Below are positions 30,535-40,646 of a DNA stretch of 64,000 bases, piece after piece; within the stretch, counting starts at the first letter, position 1; the number at the start of each line of letters is the position of its first letter. The notes under the pieces were generated by a model. It saw nothing but the letters and a program-made list of their open reading frames with translations. It did not search any database and was not told the origin of the DNA. Origin of the DNA: an uncultured virus (IMG/VR IMGVR_UViG_3300029309_000017). Lineage: Duplodnaviria > Heunggongvirae > Uroviricota > Caudoviricetes > Crassvirales. The stretch is taken from IMG/VR virus record IMGVR_UViG_3300029309_000017. The stretch is one strand, 5' to 3'. The translations under genes were made by a program, and so were the position numbers.

Positions 30535-31317
30535 TTAAATTTGTAATTTTTTTGATAAATTCTTATAAACTTCCATACCTTCATCTGTTTTGAAAAAAGC
30601 AGCTAAAGCATTATATGGATGTTCGTCATAAGGCACTGTACACACTTTCTTTTTATTTGGAAAAGTAAAGTATCTTTGATCAGCACTTAACAATAGCAAG
30701 TTAGCTTCAACACACTTAGCTCCAAAGTTTCTAAGCTCTACGTTTTCATCGTTTGCTAATTGTAAAAATAAACTAGGATTTTTTCTAGCCATTAAGAAAA
30801 CATCTCTTTTTATTTCTTTACTAGTTAAATCATTAACGCCGCTACCTATTTCAGCTCTTAATATAGCTTCTGATTCTTCTATATCTAAAGATTTAGCTAA
30901 GTTTAAAGCTTGTAACTCATATTCTAAATACGCTAAATCATCTACAGCGTTTTCTACAGCGCTATATTCTGTATACGTTTCATTTAACATCGGGTGATAC
31001 AAAGACATTAATTTTTGTAAACATTGGTCTTCTTTAGCAACAAATAATTGTCCATTTCTAAAAATTATTTGACCTAATGTTGCTTCACCTTTTTGTTCAT
31101 CTTTAAATGGAGACGCCATGTTAGTAGCATATCTAAGCTCTCTATTGTAACCTAGTTTTTCATCAAACCATAATAAAGGTCTTCTAGCGCTATGTCTAGA
31201 CAATACTGAATATACTATTGGCTTATGTCTACCAGATAGTTCGTATAATCTATCTTTCATCTCCCAGTTAGTACCTTCTGGCACCCCTGGTGTAATTTTC
31301 TTTTTTGTTTTTTCCAT
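30535..31317 (-). CDS. Hypothetical protein downstream of major capsid
   Basis: 260-aa ORF in structural operon. Confidence 0.7.
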   Translation of the reverse strand: MEKTKKKITPGVPEGTNWEMKDRLYELSGRHKPIVYSVLSRHSARRPLLWFDEKLGYNRELRYATNMASPFKDEQKGEATLGQIIFRNGQLFVAKEDQCLQKLMSLYHPMLNETYTEYSAVENAVDDLAYLEYELQALNLAKSLDIEESEAILRAEIGSGVNDLTSKEIKRDVFLMARKNPSLFLQLANDENVELRNFGAKCVEANLLLLSADQRYFTFPNKKKVCTVPYDEHPYNALAAFFKTDEGMEVYKNLSKKLQI

Positions 31318-31345
31318 GATATAATATAATTAAATAATTTAAAAA

Positions 31346-31397
31346 TAAAGGTTGCTGGGCGCCCCTTGAGCAAAGCTTTTTGACGCCCAAACCTTTA
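31346..31397 (-). terminator. Long hairpin after major capsid gene
   Basis: TAAAGGTT-TGGGCGTC...GGCGCCCA-AACCTTTA inverted repeat. Confidence 0.55.
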
Positions 31398-31407
31398 ATT
31401 ATATGTA

Positions 31408-32883
31408 TTATGATTTTTTCAATAATACAAAGTTGTTAGCCGCTTGTACACATAAACATCTTTCTGATAAGAAGTTTACAGTCATTACGTCTAATGCTGA
31501 AGTAAAGTTACCACCAACAGATCCAGTAATCCAAGACTTCATACGTCTGTCATCAGCTTCTGAAGCTCTATAACGACAGTGTAAGAAAGGTCTTGAAATA
31601 TTTCTACCTAAACTTTGATCGTATACTGTACTTGTACCAGCAGGTACCATAATACCCTCAATGTCAGCAATTAAGCCTCTTGTTGTAGAGTCATTAAGAT
31701 ATTTCCAGTCAGACTTATAAAAGTCATATGATCCTCTTCTAAATCCAGAGAAACCTAAGTTAAGCGCCATATCCTCAGAGTTATCAAATACACCATAAGA
31801 TGTACCACCTTCTCCATAAGAATTTTGATTAGCTAACATTTTATCAATTGATAAAGCAGTTGCTCTGTCTAAGAACATCATGTTCTCTTCAATAGCTCCT
31901 TGCTTATCAAGCTCTTGTAAAATATTATCAAATTCTAGAATACCAGCGTCAGCATTTGCGTTTCCAAAGTTTTGGTCGTTATATACCAAACCTCTAGACT
32001 CAACAGCAGAGAATAAACCTTCACTACCTGTAGTTTGTGTACCAGCTAAACCTGAAGCAGCAACAGCTTTTTCAGCTTCAATCATTGCCATTTCTAGTTT
32101 GTCTTCAAATCTAATTCTTGTTTCAGACTCAGATTTTAAGTACCATAAGTAACCAGAAGCACCAGCTTCAGTAGCTACTTCAACCCAACCAATTTGAGCT
32201 GTATCAGATCCTGAGATCTCATACTTACCTTTTAAAATGATTGGCTTGTTAGTGAATTTTCTGAACGGAGCGTCTACTGACTTTTGTTTATCGTTATCAG
32301 TACCTTTTGCATACTCAGAACCATAAATAAATAGTTTTACTGCAGCAGCACTAAATCCTGCGTCGTTTCCACCATTACCTACGATCTTATCGTGTCCATA
32401 AGCAGCTACATCAAATGTAACTCCACCACCACCAAATCCAGATATTCTTGCTTTTACAGTTTTATTTCCTTGAGAAATAACAACTGTATCACCTTCAGAA
32501 TATAGTTTAATTTGTTCGGTAGCTTGTTGAAATACTTGATCGGTTGCGCCTGAAGTTCCAGGATCGTTTACTAAAGTAATTCTATCTTGTCCAGCTCCAA
32601 CGTTTGCGATAGTCGCGTTGTTAGAGGCTACATGAATTCTACCTTGCTCAGTCCATACAACTTCGTCAGAAGCCATAGGCATTTCAGCACCTACCATACG
32701 TAAGAAACCAGAGATAGTACGATTACCGTATCTTTCTACTTCTTTCTCATAAACTTCTGGTAAAAACTGCTTAGCAAAGTTGAAATCGTTATCTGCAATT
32801 GACAAATAGTTATTGTCATATGCGAGTTTATTTGGGCGTGGTACTACGTGTTGTAATTCCGCGCCAGTTCCAGCTAAAGCCAT
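31408..32883 (-). CDS. Major capsid protein
   Basis: 491 aa following scaffold; FLPEVYEKEVERYG, WTEQGR, LGFSGFRRG; codon usage typical of high expression. Confidence 0.8.
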   Translation of the reverse strand: MALAGTGAELQHVVPRPNKLAYDNNYLSIADNDFNFAKQFLPEVYEKEVERYGNRTISGFLRMVGAEMPMASDEVVWTEQGRIHVASNNATIANVGAGQDRITLVNDPGTSGATDQVFQQATEQIKLYSEGDTVVISQGNKTVKARISGFGGGGVTFDVAAYGHDKIVGNGGNDAGFSAAAVKLFIYGSEYAKGTDNDKQKSVDAPFRKFTNKPIILKGKYEISGSDTAQIGWVEVATEAGASGYLWYLKSESETRIRFEDKLEMAMIEAEKAVAASGLAGTQTTGSEGLFSAVESRGLVYNDQNFGNANADAGILEFDNILQELDKQGAIEENMMFLDRATALSIDKMLANQNSYGEGGTSYGVFDNSEDMALNLGFSGFRRGSYDFYKSDWKYLNDSTTRGLIADIEGIMVPAGTSTVYDQSLGRNISRPFLHCRYRASEADDRRMKSWITGSVGGNFTSALDVMTVNFLSERCLCVQAANNFVLLKKS

Positions 32884-32907
32884 AATTAATAATTTTTAAG
32901 TTTAAAT

Positions 32908-34107
32908 TTATTTTCGTTTTTTAAATCCCCACTTAACAACCTGCCCATCAGCGTCTACGGATCTATATGTTGTACCTTGTTGAGGTACGCCACTTTGACT
33001 TTTACGAGGGTCCATACTGATATTTTTTGTATTAGCAACACTTTGCTTCATAGCATCAGCTTTACCTTGTTCGTAGAAATGATTAGCGATTGCATCAGGA
33101 TTCATCGCTGTGAATAAAGATTTATGATAGCCAGCAGCGTCTTCCATTTCATTACTTTTATTAAGAAACTTCTTAACAAAGTTGTTAATGTTGCTTTGAC
33201 TTTCTTTTACCTCATTCGGGTTTTTCACATTAAACCTAAACCTTTTGTCCCCGACCTTGTATTCAAAACCTTTGAAGCTGTCATTGAAAACCTGGTTAGT
33301 TTTATTGTTGAAAGTTTGAACCTGCTTATTAGCAGATTCTTTTTCTTTGTTATATCTATTAAAGAAATCAACAGCCTTTTGTTGCTCAGGACTTAATCTT
33401 GAGCCGGCTTTAATTTCTTCATAGTATTTTGTTTTTAAGTTGTTTAAATGATTTTTAGCATTTGCTAATTCTTCTTTCCTAGCCAACTTTTTTCTTTTAA
33501 TATCTCTTTCGTCTTCTTCATCTTCATTAATTGAAAACTTATCATCAATTAAGAAGTTTATTTCAGAAGGATCAAGATGTGGTCTAGTATTTTGATAATA
33601 CTCTACAAGTAGTTGCTCTTCGTTTAAAGCATCTACATCTTGATTTAATCTTACGTAGTCTTCTAAAGTTCCACCTGTTTCATTTACAAAATCAACAACT
33701 TTCTGTATATTTTCAGGTAGATCAATACCTCTGTCTTCGTTGTCTAAAGCTTGTTCAACTTCTTCTGCTAAATCTTCAGCTTTCTCTTGTACCTGTTCTT
33801 CCGTTATTTCTTCAAGAACAACTGGCTCTTCATTTTGAACGGAGCCTTGTTGTTGTGGTACTTCTTCTTCCACTTCTTGTACAGACTCGGTTTGTTTATC
33901 TGTAGCCACGTCTGTTGTTTCTTGCTTTGTATCGGCATCTTTATCTTTCTTTGGTACTAAGTTTGTAAAATCTACTTTAGGCACACCGTCTTCACTAACG
34001 GTTACCTCAGGTACTAGATCATCACCTTTCTTTGTCTCTTTAGCAACAGGTTTAGTTTCTTCAACTTTCTCTACTACTTCTTCGACTACTTTTTCTTTTT
34101 TAGCCAT
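32908..34107 (-). CDS. Scaffolding protein
   Basis: Acidic N-half and coiled coil, between portal and MCP. Confidence 0.7.
   Translation of the reverse strand: MAKKEKVVEEVVEKVEETKPVAKETKKGDDLVPEVTVSEDGVPKVDFTNLVPKKDKDADTKQETTDVATDKQTESVQEVEEEVPQQQGSVQNEEPVVLEEITEEQVQEKAEDLAEEVEQALDNEDRGIDLPENIQKVVDFVNETGGTLEDYVRLNQDVDALNEEQLLVEYYQNTRPHLDPSEINFLIDDKFSINEDEEDERDIKRKKLARKEELANAKNHLNNLKTKYYEEIKAGSRLSPEQQKAVDFFNRYNKEKESANKQVQTFNNKTNQVFNDSFKGFEYKVGDKRFRFNVKNPNEVKESQSNINNFVKKFLNKSNEMEDAAGYHKSLFTAMNPDAIANHFYEQGKADAMKQSVANTKNISMDPRKSQSGVPQQGTTYRSVDADGQVVKWGFKKRK
33804..33938 (-). CDS. Overprinted small basic protein (44 aa) inside the scaffold gene
   Basis: MPIQSKKQQTWLQINKPSLYKKWKKKYHNNKAPFKMKSQLFLKK*; A at -3; resembles GYKSAAQRKAVHANK in ORF 49040. 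Confidence 0.5.
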   Translation of the reverse strand: MPIQSKKQQTWLQINKPSLYKKWKKKYHNNKAPFKMKSQLFLKK

Positions 34108-34128
34108 AATATAATATTATAAAATTAG

Positions 34129-36555
34129 TTATTTTGGTTCAAATGAACCTAATCCAAATCCTCCACCCATAATATCGTTTCCTGCGGATTCAAAATCTTT
34201 AGGGCCAGAGTCATTTTTTCTTTGATCAATCAACTCGCTTTGTTGAGTTGCTTGTATTTTAGTTCTTTCGTCTTTACGATCTTCTTTAAAAGATTCTTTA
34301 TTTTTAGCTCCTTCAACTTCCATGTTTTTTAACTGCATGTTAAAATCAAACTCCAACCTCATGAGCTCTTTCTTTAAATTAGCTTCTTGCTGTAATTCGT
34401 TATTTTTTAGTTTAGCTTTTAATTGCTCCATTTGTGATTGTATTTGGAACAATGCTTGTGATTTTTGTACTTCAGCTTGAGCAGCAACTTGCTGAGCCTG
34501 AGCGTTAGCTTGAGCTTGAGCTTGTATATTTTCTTGCTGCATCATTTGATCTCTTTCTTGTTTTTTCTTACGTCTTAATTTAAGTAATTGATTAGCAAGT
34601 TTTATATTTGATATTTCTCTAAGATCAATAGCGTCTTCTAAATCTATCAAACCTCCAGATACAGCTGCTTGTATATTATTCTCAAGCATTTGTTTTTCTT
34701 CATCATCAGGTGTTAGTTCTATAAATACACCAAAGTCGTGTAGGTATAAATCTTTAATATCTTCTAAAACACCTACATTATGATTTCCTATTTTTTGTAT
34801 AAAAGCATCTTTAGCAGGTGAAAACTCCAGTATATCAGATATTCTTAATGATAAACCTTCAGCTAACTCTTGTGTTATTGTTACACCTGATTGAAGTATG
34901 TGTCTTGTAGCTGTGTTACTATTTGCAGCTGCTAGCTTCTGAACACCAACTAAAGCTTTAGAGTCTGGCGTACTACCATCTCTTGCTTCGTTTAATCCAG
35001 TCACATCTCTTATCATTTGCAAATAATAATTATAATTAGATATAAGACTTTGTAATTTACCACCACCGTTTCCAGATGTTATTTCTTGAATAGGTACTTT
35101 ACCTGGATTCATGTCGCCTTCAGAAGTGAAAGATCTACCTATAATAGATCCCGTCTGAAAGAACATATTTAAAGCTTCTTGCGGATTATAATTAGTTCCA
35201 TTACCTAAATCAACTTCAGCTAAACCATCAGCGTCAAGATAAACACCATCTGGCACCATTCTTGACATAACTTGCTGTAACTTTAAATGTGTTAATTGAA
35301 TCATATCAGCAAAACCAGTAATACGCTTAACTAATGAATCAATACGTCCTCTATACATTCTAGGAGCACACATAGCGTAATTCATTTTAACCTTGCTATA
35401 ATCACTTTTAGGTCTCATCATATTTTTAGCAAGCTCCCACTTCAACAACATATCTGAACCTAATATTAAAACGCCTTCATATAAAACTTCTAATGATCTT
35501 GATATTTTACCAAAATTACCAGACATTTCATTTATAGGTGGATCAAATGTATCGTCTCTTAATATTATTTTTTCAGCTCCAGTGGCTGTTTCTTTTACTT
35601 TATAAACTTCATTCATATAAGTTTTATAATTAAAATATAAAACTTGTATTTGGTTTTTATCATTATAATAGGTTGAACCATATCTACTATTAGCATAGCC
35701 ATCTGAATGTATTGCTTGAGACTCTATGTCTTTTAGCTCTTGATCAGTTAGATTTGGAAACTCTTTTTTAAGCTCGTTTATAGGTATTGTTTTTACTTCA
35801 CCTACATAATAAATATCTTGAAAATTTGGATCTTCAGTATACGAATATACTAAATTAGCAGGATCAACGTATTCTACTTTAACACCTTCAGAAGTTGTAA
35901 AAGTGTTTTTTACAGCACCAATACCTAAAGTTGTTAAATCATAATTAACTCTGCGTCTAGTTAAATCGTATCTATTACCGTCTAATAAAACATTTATAGC
36001 TTGCTCTTCAGCTAATTCAATACCTTGCTTATAACTAAGCTGCATATGTAAATCTAATTCTTCTTTTGAATCAGGTAGTTTTTCGGGTGGATTTTCAAAT
36101 AAACTCATACCAAAAGCTTCTTGAGCAAAGTCAGAAAGTTCTTTTGTTTGCATGTCTCTTATTATAGATTCCATGTATTTTGTTCTCTTACTCATACCGT
36201 AAGGATCTTGAGAATAAGCTTTTATATCAAATGTTCTCTCTGATATTCCATTTACTACTATATCTACAAACTTAGGTATAATAGGCACTGGCTTCCAATC
36301 TAAATTAAGATATGATAAGTCACCGTTTATAGATAGTTCATCTTTATACTTTTGTATAGGCTGTTCTCCTCTAGCATATAATCTTAATCTATGAAACTCC
36401 ATTTGATGTTGATTATATCTATGATTTGAGTTTGACCTATCAAACCACTCGTACTCTATAGCCTTAGCTACTTTTAAGCCGTACTCTGCACTAACTTTTT
36501 CTATGTCACTTACAATTTGACTCGGAAAATAACCTTTTACAACTGACTCAGCCAT
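34129..36555 (-). CDS. Portal protein
   Basis: 808 aa after terminase; PIIPKFVDIVVNG; Q-rich C-terminal barrel helix. Confidence 0.85.
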   Translation of the reverse strand: MAESVVKGYFPSQIVSDIEKVSAEYGLKVAKAIEYEWFDRSNSNHRYNQHQMEFHRLRLYARGEQPIQKYKDELSINGDLSYLNLDWKPVPIIPKFVDIVVNGISERTFDIKAYSQDPYGMSKRTKYMESIIRDMQTKELSDFAQEAFGMSLFENPPEKLPDSKEELDLHMQLSYKQGIELAEEQAINVLLDGNRYDLTRRRVNYDLTTLGIGAVKNTFTTSEGVKVEYVDPANLVYSYTEDPNFQDIYYVGEVKTIPINELKKEFPNLTDQELKDIESQAIHSDGYANSRYGSTYYNDKNQIQVLYFNYKTYMNEVYKVKETATGAEKIILRDDTFDPPINEMSGNFGKISRSLEVLYEGVLILGSDMLLKWELAKNMMRPKSDYSKVKMNYAMCAPRMYRGRIDSLVKRITGFADMIQLTHLKLQQVMSRMVPDGVYLDADGLAEVDLGNGTNYNPQEALNMFFQTGSIIGRSFTSEGDMNPGKVPIQEITSGNGGGKLQSLISNYNYYLQMIRDVTGLNEARDGSTPDSKALVGVQKLAAANSNTATRHILQSGVTITQELAEGLSLRISDILEFSPAKDAFIQKIGNHNVGVLEDIKDLYLHDFGVFIELTPDDEEKQMLENNIQAAVSGGLIDLEDAIDLREISNIKLANQLLKLRRKKKQERDQMMQQENIQAQAQANAQAQQVAAQAEVQKSQALFQIQSQMEQLKAKLKNNELQQEANLKKELMRLEFDFNMQLKNMEVEGAKNKESFKEDRKDERTKIQATQQSELIDQRKNDSGPKDFESAGNDIMGGGFGLGSFEPK

Positions 36556-36556
36556 A

Positions 36557-38770
36557 TTAATTTTCTATTAGTTTTGAACGCACACCAGTTTGCTTGTATC
36601 TAGCTATGCTTAAGTTTAATTTTTCTTTTTTCATAATTGGATTTGGTCTATACAAGTGTCTGTTACAAGCCATTATAGCTAAACCGCTACTAATACTCGC
36701 ATCAAACTTTGTACGGTTATTAATATCAAATTTCGCCCAGTCTTGTAATGTTTCATTAAAATAACAATTACCATACATGCCATCTGGTTTTATGCCAACG
36801 CTATTTTGTATATACATTTCTATCGCAGCAGCATGAGCCTGTTTAACATCTTCACTTGAATTAGGTATACCACCTATTTCTTTTTCTGCTGTTGATAATT
36901 TATTCCATATTTTATCAGGCCTATTCATTGAATAACCTCTATACCCACGCCTTCTTAAATAATACAATAGACGAGGTTTATTGTTTTCTGCAAGTAAAGG
37001 CATTCCGTAAAAAACTAATGCCATTAGAACGTCCTCAAAGAACATCTCTGCAGTTGCTGGCCTTGCAATATACTCTAAAAAAAACTGATTTGGCGGACAA
37101 TCTTCCATACTAAACTTAGTTAAACCATGTAAAGCACCTTTTGATCCTTGACCATCTACAGTTCCTGATATATCGTAACTATCACAACCAAAAGCACCCA
37201 TGTGCTCGTTGGCTGGATATTTAATGCCATTTTTTATTATAAATTTATTTTGCTGGTGTTGAGGTGGAACCCAGCTAATCTTAAACCTACCTTGAGCATT
37301 AGGATAAAAAATAACATTACTATCTTTTATACCATTTATCCATTGAAAACTACCGGTAGTTATTTGAGAATTATTATTTAAATCCTCGTTAAAATCTATT
37401 TGTTCGTATATTTTTGCTAAATTAAATATACTATTTTTAGTTTCATCTCTAAAAGCATGTTCTTCAGTTCTTGGAAACTGTCTATAAAACTCATTTAAAG
37501 CATCACCATCGTTTTTTAAACCATCAACCTCGTTTTGCCAGTGCTCTAGTATACCTGTTTCAATTACCTCTCCAAAAGGACCGAAAGCCTCTTGCTCTGG
37601 AGTTTCGAATACAGGTAAGCCATAAGAATCAATGAATCCCTCGTAGTTCCATTCCATAGGTATGAACAAAGAATATAATCCTGAGCTTGTCTGTCCATTG
37701 CGGTTTCTTTTTGTAACATCTGAGTTTTTATAAAGTTTTTTAAAATTATCACCACCTTTATCTAAAGCGTTAGATGTTGAACCCATCATACACTTACCAA
37801 TAACTCTACTACCTAATCTTAATGTGGTTTTCGTAACCCTCCAGTTGTTGAGGATGTTGTTCGGCCTTTCCCACTTCCCCGACTCATCATGGACGAGGAG
37901 CTTGAGTTTCTCCCCATCGTAGGAGTTATCGCCGGTGTTCTTCCAGTCGATTGTGGTGTCCAACCCCTCGAGGTCCTGTGTGGTTTCGTTTGTGGTAAGC
38001 TTACGTCTGGTAAGTTTGCTGGCGGGGACACGGAAGGCAAGCTCGGTCTTTGGACGGTCCATTCCGTCCTGGATGGGTTTGAAAAAGAAAGGGTAGTTGA
38101 CAGATATGGGTACCACCTTATCGGTGAACATCTTCTTGGCATCAGGCCCAGACTTGGATAATATACCATACCTGGAGTCACTTGATATGGTTGCCAAGTT
38201 AACCACCTCTCCTGAGGCCATAAAAGAAAACCCGGACCGCCTATTCTTAAGGTAACACATCCCATAGGATCGTGAATCTGCCTTACAAGCTTCCCAGAAA
38301 ATAAAGAATAATCTATTTGCTTCTCTAAAATCTGGTGCTCCGACGTCAATTTTAGACCACTGCAAGTACATGTAATGAGTACCACTAATGTAAGTAGGAA
38401 CGCCTTTGTTATAAAACCAAAAACCTTCCTCCCTACGGGTAAATTCATTATCGATGTAATCATACCATTGTTCTTTAAAATCTTCTGGATATTCTTTCCA
38501 GTCAAATACTGTTTTTATTCTAGCTAAAGCTTTAGGATATTCAAATTTAGTCCATTTGTCTTCTTTGAACTTATGTATTTTTTTAGCTTTAGGTAACGCT
38601 ATTCTAAGGTTTTGTATTTCATATATATCACCTATAGTACCATCTTTACTTATAATTACAATATCATGTTCTTTATTATAACCATACTCCCACTTCTTAG
38701 ACTTGTTAAGTCTTTTTATAGTGTTTATTTTAATAGGTTCAATAACCTTGTATAGAGTTTGCTGGTACAT
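36557..38770 (-). CDS. terL: Terminase large subunit
   Basis: Walker A LKNRRSGFS, Walker B LLVHDESGK, GSTSN, nuclease FGCDSYD and D..ISS. Confidence 0.9.
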   Translation of the reverse strand: MYQQTLYKVIEPIKINTIKRLNKSKKWEYGYNKEHDIVIISKDGTIGDIYEIQNLRIALPKAKKIHKFKEDKWTKFEYPKALARIKTVFDWKEYPEDFKEQWYDYIDNEFTRREEGFWFYNKGVPTYISGTHYMYLQWSKIDVGAPDFREANRLFFIFWEACKADSRSYGMCYLKNRRSGFSFMASGEVVNLATISSDSRYGILSKSGPDAKKMFTDKVVPISVNYPFFFKPIQDGMDRPKTELAFRVPASKLTRRKLTTNETTQDLEGLDTTIDWKNTGDNSYDGEKLKLLVHDESGKWERPNNILNNWRVTKTTLRLGSRVIGKCMMGSTSNALDKGGDNFKKLYKNSDVTKRNRNGQTSSGLYSLFIPMEWNYEGFIDSYGLPVFETPEQEAFGPFGEVIETGILEHWQNEVDGLKNDGDALNEFYRQFPRTEEHAFRDETKNSIFNLAKIYEQIDFNEDLNNNSQITTGSFQWINGIKDSNVIFYPNAQGRFKISWVPPQHQQNKFIIKNGIKYPANEHMGAFGCDSYDISGTVDGQGSKGALHGLTKFSMEDCPPNQFFLEYIARPATAEMFFEDVLMALVFYGMPLLAENNKPRLLYYLRRRGYRGYSMNRPDKIWNKLSTAEKEIGGIPNSSEDVKQAHAAAIEMYIQNSVGIKPDGMYGNCYFNETLQDWAKFDINNRTKFDASISSGLAIMACNRHLYRPNPIMKKEKLNLSIARYKQTGVRSKLIEN

Positions 38771-39048
38771 TATTTAGATCTTCTTTCTGCAAAACCACTA
38801 AAAGCTTTTGTTTTTTCTTCTTTTTTAGGCTTGTTGTTTAATATATCCTCTTCCTCTTGTATTCTATTTAGTATTTCAAAAGCATCAAATATAGCTAGTT
38901 TTTTAGTTGCAGCAGCATTCTTAAGTCTATCAGCAGAAACATCATCTTCTGTATTAGTTATAATTTTTTCTTCAGCAACTTTTATTAACTCATCAACCGC
39001 CTTGTGCCCAGCTTGGATTATATTCTTTTTCGTTTCCTTGATATTCAT
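38770..39048 (-). CDS. Putative terminase small subunit
   Basis: Small helical protein immediately upstream of terL. Confidence 0.45.
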   Translation of the reverse strand: MNIKETKKNIIQAGHKAVDELIKVAEEKIITNTEDDVSADRLKNAAATKKLAIFDAFEILNRIQEEEDILNNKPKKEEKTKAFSGFAERRSK

Positions 39049-39583
39049 ATTTAATTGTAATTTTATTTGTAGGAACTCTATATAGCCTCTGACCGTCTAT
39101 TACAAACTCATATTCAGAACCTGGTGTAAATCCAACTAAGTCTCCTTTTTTTATAGAACCATCTGTATATTTTACTACACCTACCAAAGGTTTTTCTTTT
39201 TCAATACTGTATAAATCGTCATTTACTATTGGCTTTACAAAACTATAGCCTGGAAAAGCTTTCCACTCTTTGTTTTTTTTATAAGCATATATCTGATCTA
39301 AATAAACTAAGTATCTTTCTTCATCTAACCAGCTTCTACTATTTCGCTCTACATTTTTTACATCTCTCCACCTTCTAAATATATTGTGATGTATTATAAC
39401 CTCATCGCCTTTTTCAACTTCAAAACAACTCATTATAGGTGTTTCTAAAACTATAGCATTTCTACTTACGTTTTGATGATTAAATATTTCTGTATTCAGT
39501 ATTAATTCTTTATCACCTATTTTTTTAATATTGTTATATCTTTCTTTTTTAGGCGTTACTATAAAGTTAAATATACTTTTCAT
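38993..39583 (-). CDS. GroES-like domain protein (tandem)
   Basis: Two GroES-like segments (VEKGDEVIIHH; IKKGDLVGF...EFVIDGQRLY). Confidence 0.55.
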   Translation of the reverse strand: MKSIFNFIVTPKKERYNNIKKIGDKELILNTEIFNHQNVSRNAIVLETPIMSCFEVEKGDEVIIHHNIFRRWRDVKNVERNSRSWLDEERYLVYLDQIYAYKKNKEWKAFPGYSFVKPIVNDDLYSIEKEKPLVGVVKYTDGSIKKGDLVGFTPGSEYEFVIDGQRLYRVPTNKITIKYEYQGNEKEYNPSWAQGG

Positions 39584-39801
39584 TAATAATCTAAATTATA
39601 CTCTACGGATATTGCCATGTTTTTATTAAAATCTTTCCAAGGCAGTACTTCATCTTTCTTCTGTATAAAGATAGAAAACCTGTCATCTTCTTCTATTATG
39701 CAGTTTATAGTGTGACCACCATATACTTCTTGCCCAACAGAATAATGCATAGAGTCGTTTTTATAATCTTTACCTATACTAATCTTTCTTATCAGACTCA
39801 T
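39583..39801 (-). CDS. Hypothetical protein
   Basis: IRKISIGKDYKND motif; coupled ORF. Confidence 0.65.
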   Translation of the reverse strand: MSLIRKISIGKDYKNDSMHYSVGQEVYGGHTINCIIEEDDRFSIFIQKKDEVLPWKDFNKNMAISVEYNLDY

Positions 39802-40030
39802 CTTGTAATTCTGTTATTGTACCGTCAGTTACATTAATATTAACTTTGCCGTATTTTTCTTCAAGTTCTTTTTTTATTTCGCCAAAATCTTTATTCTCTA
39901 CATCAGCTAAACTATGTAATAATCTATGCTTTGCGGCTTCTATATTACCAAGTTCCATTTTAATTTCATTCATTTTAGAAACTGAAGCTTGTAGTTTTTC
40001 TAATTCTGCTTTTTTTATTTTTTTTGCCAT
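39779..40030 (-). CDS. Coiled-coil hypothetical protein
   Basis: LEEKYGKVNINVTDGTI motif. Confidence 0.65.
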   Translation of the reverse strand: MAKKIKKAELEKLQASVSKMNEIKMELGNIEAAKHRLLHSLADVENKDFGEIKKELEEKYGKVNINVTDGTITELQDESDKKD

Positions 40031-40070
40031 TTTATTATATTTAAGTTATTTTACATATATATAGTATCAC

Positions 40071-40646
40071 CTATTTTGCGATTGAACTAATTAATCCATC
40101 TTCAACAGTGATACTTACTGTGGTTTTGCCACTAGTTGATTTAAAACTACCACTAGCACCACTAACAGAAGCATCACTACCATCAGCCCCATCAGCACCA
40201 GCTGGGCCTCTATCACCTGTATCACCTTTATCACCTTTATCGCCTTTATCGCCTTTAGCTCCTGTAGCTCCTGTATTTCCAGTGTCGCCTTTTGGACCTT
40301 GTGGTCCAGTATTTCCTGTGTCACCTTTAGGTCCTTGTGAACCTGTATCACCTTTAGAGCCTTGCGAAGCAGCTGATGAAGAATCTTTACCAAACGCATC
40401 TTTTATAAACGCATGTAGTTCTTCTACATCTTCCCTTAAATCTTCAATTTGTTTTATTAAAAACCTATTATATTGATATAAGCCATCATCATTAAATAGC
40501 TCACTCATATCTGTTAAAGCAGCTAAATCACTTGCTACTTCACTAGAAACAGTTATTTCACCGTCACTACCTTTAACAGCTCTTTGCTTAGAACTACCTG
40601 ATTTAAATAGTTTCTTACCTCTTATGTTATCATTTATATTTGCCAT
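40071..40646 (-). CDS. Collagen-like (Gly-X-Y) repeat protein
   Basis: [16 protein letters not shown]... triplet repeat. Confidence 0.8.
   Translation of the reverse strand: MANINDNIRGKKLFKSGSSKQRAVKGSDGEITVSSEVASDLAALTDMSELFNDDGLYQYNRFLIKQIEDLREDVEELHAFIKDAFGKDSSSAASQGSKGDTGSQGPKGDTGNTGPQGPKGDTGNTGATGAKGDKGDKGDKGDTGDRGPAGADGADGSDASVSGASGSFKSTSGKTTVSITVEDGLISSIAK

Noticed and set aside
40108..40476. Pro-rich plus-strand ORF and alternative-frame ORF over the collagen gene
   Set aside because: Artefacts of the Gly-X-Y codon repeat.
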